Origin: Asterionella formosa
Taxonomy: Eukaryota
Assembly: GCA_002256025.1 (NCBI GenBank)
Contig: NKIB01012935.1
Span: 1-64,000 of the forward strand
DNA length: 64,000 nucleotides
Direction of reading: 5' to 3'
The notes beneath the pieces were generated by a model. That model was given only the letters and a program-made list of their open reading frames with translations. It searched no databases and was not told where the DNA came from. Positions 48,697 to 58,100 of the stretch are shown in pieces. Each line of letters begins with the position of its first letter. Position 1 is the first letter of the stretch. The position numbers and the translations under genes are program-made.

Positions 48697-49678
48697 CTAC
48701 ACCATTTGAATTTCATCGGCATGTCTGTAGCTATCGTCAATCTCCACTTCGGCAACACGATTTGGTCGTGCAGCATTTTTGTGATGACCGACCATGTTCG
48801 AGAAGAGATTGATTCTTTTCGACAACGCACCCTGCAATGGGTGCTGCTTAGTTACTACCGATCGCCTACGGTACGCAGCCATCGCAACAGCAGCACCGGC
48901 AACAGCGGCCGCGCCAATCAACCCTAGAAAACCCTTGTGAGCAGTTTCTGGAGCGACATTTGCAGAGCTTTCAGCGCTGCTTGCAGTTCCTCCGCTACCG
49001 CTACTTTAAGTTTTCCAATTGGCAGGCAATAAAAGTAAGCGAAATGTATTCCGGCCAAAATTGACAAGGTGGATCGACGTACCTTCCTCCCGATCCACCG
49101 GAGTAGTCTCCACCGCTTGAGCTTCCAGATGCATCTCCACCGTTCGAGCTTCCAGATGCATCTCCGCCGCTCGAACTTCCAGATGCATCTCCACCGCTCG
49201 AGCTTCCAGATGCATCTCCACCGCTTGAGCTTTCAGATGCCCCTCCATCACTGGTGCCTCCAGATGCACCTCCACCGCTAGTATCTCCAGATGCCCCTCC
49301 GCCACTGGATCCTCCCCCACTGCCACCAGATCCACCCCCACTGCGAGTACGACAAACAGTTGGTCAGCGCTGCAAAGGAAACGAAACGTCGATCCCATAT
49401 ATTCCAAATTGAACAAGACTGCTTTACCTTCCGGATGGTTTCTTCTTAGGTTTCTCAGCTGGTACTTCAGTGGCTGTACGGAAGGAAGGAAACCGGATGG
49501 TGAGAATGATATGCAAGGTCCTGATTATAACTATACAGCACTCAAAATGTCGACATAAAGGCAATGACTTACCGGGATCGAGTTGCCGTGTTGTTCCAAT
49601 CTCCTTCGCATTCGCCAACGACAAGGCCAACATCATAACTACCAGAGACATGAGCACTAGATGCATTGGGAGCTTCAT
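48697..49678 (-). CDS. SAP-like (silicalemma-associated protein-like) type I membrane protein, Gly/Ser repeat ectodomain; 4 exons (49678-49573, 49473-49428, 49340-49083, 49003-48697), 238 aa
   Basis: Three GT-AG introns give one open frame of 717 nt: signal peptide, RQL (RXL) motif, Lys cluster, 9-aa SSSGGDASG repeats, TM (FLGLIGAAAVAGAAVAMAAY), tail RRRSVVTKQHPLQGALSKRINLFSNM. Confidence 0.8.
49100..49310. repeat. Coding minisatellite, 27-bp unit (SSSGGDASG), about 8 degenerate copies
   Basis: GAGCTTCCAGATGCATCTCCACCG recurs every 27 bp in exon 3 of the SAP-like gene. Confidence 0.9.
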
Positions 49679-49874
49679 CTTCTTGTTTGTTCTAGAGGGT
49701 ACCGGTAATTGCTTCGAGCGTGGTGATTTGATGATTAGGTTTGAGATGATTCAACGAAATAGATGCACAATGCCTCGCCTAATGTTCAACAAACTGAAAC
49801 GAAAAAAGATTGAGATGGTTGATTTGCCTTTTAATGCTTAACTGCTACCAGGAGGTGCTGCTGGCGGCTAGATT

Positions 49875-49882
49875 TGACGTCA
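49875..49882. promoter_or_regulatory. TGACGTCA (CRE/bZIP-type palindrome) ~200 bp upstream of SAP-like gene A
   Basis: Exact palindrome; function inferred only. Confidence 0.3.
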
Positions 49883-50654
49883 TAAATATTTTGCACGGAA
49901 TAGGCGCCAGCATAGCATATTTCTCCGACTGGTAGCCAGCCAGCACGTTAATTAAAATACTCTATCCTCAATTTTGATTCATGCAAATACTCAAGTATGA
50001 ATGAATGTTAAAAATTTGATTGCGAATTCATTCCCCCAGAACACATTCGTGCCCACTACACGGTGATTCACAGGCGCTGGTTCCTCCTCCCAAACCTACC
50101 GTACAAGGTAGGAGTACCAGGTTCTGCGAAGAGGATGGTTGATAGAGTAAGACAAGGAAATCAACTTCCAGACCTGGGAAGTGAGTTTGCCGTCCAATAA
50201 ATATATTTATTACAAACAGACAGCTAAAGCAAAGTGCCATTCGTAGTTATGACCGACATATTGGTCTACCGGTATTCATGTATGTATATAGTGTTTAGGA
50301 GGATGGTGGTCCAGTAGAAATTGAGCGACGGTGGTAGTGGGACTAGTACTTGGCAACAGGAATAGTATAGCCCATAGTCCCCGGGCGGTCCTTCCTCTTC
50401 AACATCGACACGGAGACTATTTATTGTTTGCACCTGGTACTCATGTTGACTGCTACGGTGTGTGCGCACAAAAAAGCATGGAACACGTCGGAGTGTCAAT
50501 GTGTTTGAGGGGACAAGCAATAATAGCCATAATGGATACCAGGTACATGGGCGAGGGGTGCAGCCAACAGCCATGAAGCGAGCGAACCACACATCGATAG
50601 TCAGTCGTGGATGAGGTTCCCAAAACACGTCAACAGCCATGGATGGTCCACCAC

Positions 50655-50735
50655 CAAGCACCAGGGTACCCTGGTACCTGGTACCTGGTACCAGGTACCC
50701 TGGTACCTGGTACCTGGTACCAGGTACCGGTACCG
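50655..50735. repeat. GGTACC/CCTGGTA/TACCAGG quasi-palindromic low-complexity tract
   Basis: CCAGGGTACCCTGGTACCTGGTACCTGGTACCAGGTACCCTGGTACC...; similar tracts at ~41660, 43730-43830, 46490-46650, 59920-60010, 61300-61370. Confidence 0.85.
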
Positions 50736-50824
50736 GTGCTGGGGTATGCAGATTGGAATTTTTTGAATTGCCCCCATCATCAGGATTCGTGACTTTGCCA
50801 GCAGACATACCATACCAAAATTAA

Positions 50825-51180
50825 GGTTGTTGCATTCAAAACCCTAGGCAAAAAATAGAATATTGCTTAGGGTTGCCCAAATTCATTGGAATTAAGAACT
50901 TTATTGGCTATTTTTGAATGACATGATTCCATTTGAAATATTCAAATCAGTGGAAATTTGCACTTATGTGCATACCCGTAGATTCCTTTTCAAATTTGCT
51001 AAATATATAGATGACATTTCGGCTCATAGTCATTCTGATTCCGATATTTTTGCGAATGTAGAAAAGGCCGATTTTGTCGAATTTTTGGATGACAATAGCT
51101 CAATGTTGGCTGGGTCTGAAGGCGATTTAGATACATAGGTAACTTTAAAATAGCATCAGTATAAATGAACTTTCCAGTGT
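50825..51180 (+). repeat. Partial GGTT...AACC MITE preceded by TTAA
   Basis: TTAA|GGTTGTTGCATTCAAAACCCTAGG; inverted match to 41265-41400 plus 41770-41955. Confidence 0.8.
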
Positions 51181-51184
51181 CAAG

Positions 51185-51940
51185 ACAGGCAGTCATTCCA
51201 ACATCCGAAGATAGCTAGTTTGCATCGCAAAAAAGGCGATCCCACACTCTCTCTCTCCAAAATGCATGCTTTCACTACCTCAGCCAGTACCTTTGATTCC
51301 AGGCTCTGCCATCCAGCACCCAAGTACCTCTCCACAATAGACACTGGTGCATGGGGGAGTGCATAGCGTTTCAGCCAGCGCGGTACCCCCAAGCACCATG
51401 TCCACTTCTGACTTCGGAATGGTCTTAGGACCAATTCCTGAAGGCAGGTTTTGAGGACTGAGGCCTAGGCATAAGCTCTGGCCCGTCGGGAACCAGCCAA
51501 GGCATATTGGCAACATCCATGCCTCCTTCCAAAGGCCTACTGATGGCACATCCCCTGCCCTCCTGGCTCCAATGCAAGCCCGAAGGCATCGGTTCAGAAG
51601 AACCTGCATTTTGTCCACGAGGTGACGGTTCATGCCATACAGCTCAGCCCCGAAAAGGAGGCGGGGGGAACTTATACTGCGACAGTCAGCAAACGCATGG
51701 CCAATTGCACCACCGGGCACCGAAGAAACGGGACCAAGGCGGCAACCACTGTAGCCCGCCCTTGCTTGACTCTATGGTCCACCATGGACAAGATAGACAA
51801 ACATGGTGTCATGATGACTCCCAGGTACATATATCTGTCCACAACAGGGAGTGGAAGTACCTCCAGTTCCAGTCCAGCCACATCTTGTCCAGGGACAAGA
51901 GGTTCAGTGGCCAGATCTGGCGGTAGGAATTCCATCAAAA
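51185..51940 (-). mobile_element. Non-LTR retrotransposon (LINE) reverse transcriptase C-terminal fragment
   Basis: LPVVDRYMYLGVIM (RT YLG motif), PRLLFGAELYG, QVLLNRCLRACIG; frameshifted; visibly GC-richer than flanks. Confidence 0.72.
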
Positions 51941-53335
51941 CGAAATCAAGCAATCATTTCCTTTGTTGGTTGCAGATACACTGATGCGTTGTCCTGATCA
52001 CAATTTCCGTTTCATATTTTACTTATGAATCTTATTATCAACTAGTGTCAGTTATTATGCAAAATAATCTCCCAGTTGCTTATTATTCTCGCAAACTTTC
52101 TGCTGCTCAAAAAGGTACACCACTATTCACAAAGAATTACTTTCTGTGGTAGAAAGCTTCAAAGAATTTCGCTTTATGTTATTGGATGCTGTCCTAAAAG
52201 TTCACACTGATCATCATAATCTTTTCTATAATACCTTACATACTCAAGGTGTTCTTTGGTGGAGGCTTTATATTGAAGAATATCACCCTACTTTTCACTC
52301 TGTGAAGGGAACTGATAATGCTATTGCACATTCTATCTCTCGCCTCCCGAGGCTTGAGTCTTTGGTGGGGGATGATATTGGGCCGAAATGTTTAGCTGCA
52401 ACATCACCTTCCACTTTCTCAATTTAATTAAATGATGATCCTCTGCTTACCTTTTTTTCCTTAATCATCCAGTTTTGACAGAATATTCAACGTCTCTTGG
52501 ATTATAATTCAATATATGATAGACAATTTCTGGATATACAATTGATTCTCAATCAACAAATAACTTAAAATTTCCTTCTATCAATTTTCATGAGATGCAT
52601 TTAAAATGTTTTGTGAAGAATCCAGGGGATACTCGGTGTATTGCTATCCCTATGCACGTCATTATTAGTTCTTGTTATTAATTGGTATCATCAGATGTTA
52701 GTTCATTTCGTGGGCATGACAAGACTAAATGCTACAATTTCTAGCCATTTTAATCGCCCCATATTAAAAGCAAGAGTGGAACATACTGTAAGCACATGTG
52801 AAGCGTGTCAACGTCCAAAACTACCTGGTGCTGGTTATGGTGACGAACTTCCACCTAGAAATGTTTTGTTATTAGCAAGAGTGAAACATACTGTAAGCAC
52901 ATGTGAAGCATGTCAACGTACAAAACTACCTGGTGCTGGTTATGGTGAATTTACACCTAGCTAGGAATGCATTTTTATTACCTTGGTCAGTAGTTGCAGT
53001 GAATTTTTAATTGGTCCATGGATGATAACAGTGCTGGCTGCACAAACGATTGAATTTTGTACTGTAACTTGTGTTGATACAGTTACCAATTTAGCAGAAA
53101 TTTCACGTATCAATGAAAAAAATCAGAATATATTGCAATGAAGATTGAAAATGATATTTTATCCCAATTTAGAACATTGTATACATGATAATGGCGGTGA
53201 AATTACTGGTATTATTTTCCAACACAACTTAGTGTTGAATGGAATTAAAGATATCTCTAATTCATCAAGAATCCAAAAGCTAATGCTATTTATGAACGTC
53301 TAGTACATCAATCTATGAGTAACAGTTTATGTTAA
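51940..53335 (+). mobile_element. Ty3/Gypsy pol remnant (RNase H, integrase zinc finger and core)
   Basis: PVAYYSRKLSAAQ, KELLSVVESFKEFR, VHTDHHNL, WRLYIEEY, WYHQML.H...CEACQR, IGPW, IHDNGGE, NPKANA; 105-bp tandem duplication at 52770/52875. Confidence 0.88.
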
Positions 53336-53640
53336 AAGGCTCATACATACTTTGTTGTAGTCGATAGAACGGGGATAGCTATTATTTAATCAGTTCTGAA
53401 GTAGAACAGCATACATTTATGGAGATCTAAGCCATTTAATTTTACCCATTTTGATTCATAGCTAACGTTGTCTTTCAGTACATATTTTTTAATGCATCAT
53501 ACACGAAGATTATTAGTAACCCCAAACCGTTTTTAACTCGATTGATACCACAAAAACCTTTTTATTTTTTTTGTTACCCAAAAACCTTTTTATCAATTTT
53601 GTTGATACTTTTATTACTGGTTTTAGCTACCTGGCTTTTA

Positions 53641-53960
53641 AGGTTGCGGCCCCACAGTTATGCATTGCAAGGTCTGTATTTATTTTCCTAAAAAAATTTT
53701 ACGATTTACTTCAATCAACCCATTACGTACAACTAAATAAAGTAGCTAAAGGTAAAATTAGCTTTCACCAGGATGACCACTTTGCATATGCTTAGATACA
53801 GTGGTCATTGGTTGACTTAGGGGTATGTTCTATCTTCAGATATGGCAAGGACCTCATTTCTGGAGAGAAAGTGCAGCTATGTATCGTAGACATTTTTAAA
53901 AGCTCGATAGCCCCTTTTTTGCTTTTCTCAGGATAGTTACGAATCTACGATGCATAACTG
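53641..53960 (+). repeat. Partial GGTT...AACC MITE preceded by TTAA
   Basis: TTAA|GGTTGCGGCCCCACAGTTA...; aligns with 24447-24750 and 39720-40020. Confidence 0.8.
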
Positions 53961-54349
53961 CAGCATCGTTCTCATTTTTCGTCGAGATATTCGCTATTTT
54001 CATCATGGTCAACGTTGCCATGACATAATGAAGGATTCTCCACCCGCTTGCAACTACACAACTACCAGTACTACTACACTACGGTGTTTTATAAACACAA
54101 AAGAATAGCAGTATTTCAGCTAAATAATTATTTTCCAGGCAGGTACATATTTGCGAATCAGGTACCTGCATGAATCCAGCGATACGTATTATATCCAGTG
54201 TCTGTATGCAATAGACATTGTTCATTTCTTCATCGAACACACTAACGAGGTATCGGTATATTTTTACGGATGCGTGTTCAGTGTCATCATTAGCTAGAGT
54301 ATCATTGGGCAGGTCGTATCTAACTGTGATCGCAGCAGCGTTGAAATGA

Positions 54350-54357
54350 TGACGTCA
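54350..54357. promoter_or_regulatory. TGACGTCA (CRE/bZIP-type palindrome) ~635 bp upstream of SAP-like gene B
   Basis: Exact palindrome; function inferred only. Confidence 0.25.
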
Positions 54358-54990
54358 CAGTAAGCGAAATTGCTACTTCAAGCAAAGCGAATCAGAAGCA
54401 AATTGCAGAATAAGCAAAACAGAACAGTCTCAATATTTAGGCTGAAACAGATTAAAGCTAAATATATACAGGAACAACAAGCCGGTCGGGATGGTTTTTT
54501 AAACGGATATCAAGAAGAGACACATGTATTAATATGGAATTGGAATCAGCATTGTCGGTACGAAGTCTTACATGGAACTAGGTATGGCAAAATTACTGCA
54601 ACTTGGAGGTAGACTGTATCGTTACTCGCTTTAAATTCAGCTGGCTTGCGAATTCGGCGAAGCTCAACCGACGAAAAGCCAGTAGATTTGAGTTACTATG
54701 GGGGTATTGGAAACACATAATGTCTATCATGCCATGTGCTTGCGGTTGGATCTACTTCTTTAGCCATATCGCCTGCATTTTGAATGATGGTATAAGGAAG
54801 TAACATAAGCGTTGAACGACAGGTGCGTTGCAGGATTTGAATGACCAATCTTCGTAGTTGAGGATTTCAATTGAATTGTCCCGACCAAAGCAACCAATCG
54901 CCGCGCTCACTCGAATCGATATCCGTTGACATACCGCATGCTATTCCTTGCTCACAAATCTTCATCCAAGGCCAAACCATCTTTTCGAAA

Positions 54991-55862
54991 ATGACTGCCT
55001 CGATTGTTTCCAGGTATCTGGTCCTGGCGCTCCTGTTCATGGTTAATCGCCGTGGTGGGGCACAACAAGTCTATCCGATGTCGTCTGAGCTTGAAGATGA
55101 GAATCACAACATGCTTAGGAGACACGAGCCATCTATAGAAAATGAACAGCAACGACGAGAACTCTGGGGATTTTCTAATTTGCTTTGTAAGTCGATCATG
55201 AATGTTAACTTCAGTTGGGCACCGTGCTTTCTGCATTTTGATCTATCGATGAATGCTGACTGTGTTTTGTTTCTCAGATCACTTGGGTGTTTGCCCCGGA
55301 CCTCAAATTTGCGGACCACCACCATGCCACATCCATGGACCCCATCCAGAGCATTGGCATTGCGATAACAGCACGAGCGCAAGTAGCTCAACTACCCAGG
55401 AGACTTATAATTCCGGAAGTTCTAGTACCAACAACACAAGCGTGTATAGCCAAGAAGTCACAGATAAGTCGGCTGGAAAGAGCCAATCCTCCACAAGTTC
55501 TGCAAACTATTGGATGTATATTGCTGGAGCTGCTGGTCTCACTGCTTTAGTTGCAGGCGTAGCGTACCGCAAGAGAGTAAGTAGTTGTCGATACCAGTAG
55601 TCAATGGGCACATCACATGTTTGTGTAAGTTCGTGTCTAACCATTCACTGTCTGATTTGTCGAACAGTATGCAACACGGGAGGTGGAAGGGGATCATTTG
55701 CTTCACGGCAGCTTGGGCAAGCGATTGGGTTTTATGCGAGGGGGAAGCAAGCTGCCTGCCCTTCCAGATTCGCCACCTCCAAGCTTTATTGAAATGGCTA
55801 CAGCACATGAAAATCCAGGAGCGGTTCATTCTGGTATTTCCACTGACTTTGTAAAGCTTTAG
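54991..55862 (+). CDS. SAP-like type I membrane protein, Cys/Pro/His motif plus Ser/Thr-rich ectodomain; 3 exons (54991-55186, 55278-55576, 55668-55862), 229 aa
   Basis: Two GTAAGT...CAG introns give a 690-nt frame: signal peptide, propeptide ending RREL (RXL), WGFSNLLYHLGVCPGPQICGPPPCHIHGPHPEHWHC, Ser/Thr tract, TM (YWMYIAGAAGLTALVAGVAY), tail RKRYATREVEGDHLLHGSLGKRLGFM. Confidence 0.82.
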
Positions 55863-57649
55863 ATTTTGATGTCAAGTCATGGCTTATTTAATCTCTCTCT
55901 TGTTGTTCACGAGAAGTATTGGACTCTTTATATTTTTTATTTGAACATCTATATTCATATTGGCTTTCTCTATATGTTATTTAAATAACAAATACAATGC
56001 AACTAAAAAAATTCAGTGTTCCCCTTCATTTATGAGTATTTTTTGCCAAATTTCTAAACACATGTCGGTTGCATTCACTGAAGTTCTGCAGTTTGGAACA
56101 ATTAAACTACAAGTGTCAAGAAATACTGATAATACCAATTCATCGATGACAAGTGCAGATGTCTACTTAATTGCATGACCTCTTATGGAAAGAAAATGGC
56201 TTCTAGATTGGTTCAACTAGCTTCGAAGGGGTATCTCATCAGGAACCCTTATAGACATTTGCAATAATATTGATGCACTTAGAGTAGCAATAAGGCACTT
56301 AATAAATGAAATTGTATCTGATATTGGTGCACTTATGCACTTGACCTGCTGCTTATTATTTCAGGTGACATGAACTCGGATTAATCCTGACTCTGGCCTT
56401 ACACTTAATACTGTACTTGTAGTTTGCCTAGTTTAGTGACTGGGAGAGCAACTTGCTCGACAAGTTCAAATTGGCTTGAGGTAACATTTTATCCAATTGG
56501 TTAACAATCACAATTTCATTCCTCATGTATTTTTCACCATACATGTTTGGTTTGTTTGTGTTTATACAACAGGTATCTCTGGCAAGCTGCATCACATGGA
56601 ACAATGCTTCAACATGGAAAGAAGTTGATGAGGTGTAACGCACACAAGCAAAGTCATTGATGAGTGAGCCTTTTGATCCGCCCAGGTTAGCAAGTTCAGT
56701 TCTTCCATCACATGAGAAAAGGTTTTTGGCAATTACTAGTTACCAGTATTTTTCGATACATGTAAATATCACTTGCTTTTTGTCCTGGCACTATCAACTC
56801 TATATCTCAATCATGTCACTTGGCATCAATTAACAACATATGCCATGGAATGTACGGATAGATGGGAAATTGATCAAGGAAGGAATGGAACAAAATTCAT
56901 CATGGACAAACTTGTACTCACAATGGTTAGCCAACTGTTTTTTCATGTACTAAGCTTTTAACCTCAATCACTTGATTGCATTTTTCAATAAAAATCTTAT
57001 GTCCACTGCTGGTGTACGCACATATTATAAAAGATCTACAATATTCAGCTAGTCGAAAATTTTGTAGTAGAGCTCATTGTAAAAAATTGACTGCGTTCAT
57101 TTCCTCTTGTCTTATTTCTTCAAAGTCACACTTGTAGCATTAAAATTTGGACCGGTCGAAATGTTTAGCAAGATCATGCCAGAGTTTTCTGGACTGATTG
57201 TATGGTGCTCTCGAACAATGAAATAATCCAAGCCGCACCAGGAGTTTGACAACCAGGGTCCAAGAACAACCTATAACATTGGCTGTGAAGAAGTAAGTTT
57301 GTAACATGGAAGCAACCCACCAGCCAACCCCCTGCTGGCTTGTCAGCTACTAGATTAAATATCATGTGTCTAAATGTTATGACTTTTCAACTCACACATT
57401 GTTATTGGCGACAGAAAATGGGGTGATAATGTAGGTCTGGAATGGATTTTTTTCAGGGAAGAAAACTGCTCTATTTTTGTTGTCCGATGATTTGAGGTAT
57501 GAGTAAAGTAAATTAATAACTTACCCTGAACTTCTACATTCATTTGACATCTCCTCAGACCTTTTGAGAGCAGGAGCATTCTGATGAAATCAGGAGCGAG
57601 TCTTGTTGCTGTCTGAAACTGTGCTAGCTACTGCCAACTAACAAGGCTC

Positions 57650-58100
57650 TGTGAATCATGAATGGCAAGTGTGCTTATCATGCTGGCTGCTGTTGTATTT
57701 CTACTCAATTTTTACTAACACTTCGTTACTATGCGAAACTTCACAGATCTTCACATGAGCTAGCTACCTTGACTCCAATAATGGGGTCCGCGAAACAGTT
57801 GAATGGTGAGTGTGTGTCGTCTTGCTGCTGTTGTAATTATGTAAATCAATTTACTGACTTACTGTTGCTATTCAAAACTTCGCAAGTTCATGAAAGCAAT
57901 AGCAACTTTGAGGGAAAGAGAGTGTGGTGCATTCCTGTGGCGATCCCCAGTCACAATGCCAATTCAAGGATGGCCATCATGCCATTCTGAATGAATAGCC
58001 TTTCTTGCATTTGATAGAACTTTTTGTGTCAATCAAAATGCCATTTCAAGGGTGACCATGGCGTTCTGAATGAACAGCTTTTCTTGCATTGATAAAATTC
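57650..58100. repeat. Two diverged short tandem duplications (~140 bp and ~82 bp period)
   Basis: GAATGG..AGTGTG...GCTGCTGTTGTA at 57660/57801; ATGCCA.TTCAAGG...TTCTGAATGAA.AGC.TTTCTTGCATT at 57955/58038. Confidence 0.55.

Noticed and set aside
49006..49416. 136-aa ORF with EMHLEARAV repeats
   Set aside because: Alternative frame of exon 3 of the SAP-like gene; the Gly/Ser frame fits splice phases on both sides
50266..50824. ORFs with VPGTRY/WYLVPG repeats (also 43652-43861 and 46149-46799)
   Set aside because: Translations of GGTACC-rich low-complexity tracts
54871..55368. 165-aa single-exon ORF
   Set aside because: Exon 1 of SAP-like gene B read through its intron, with a non-ATG start
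55950..57600. Possible degraded coding region or element
   Set aside because: Looks CpG-poor and TE-derived, but no assignable motif or termini
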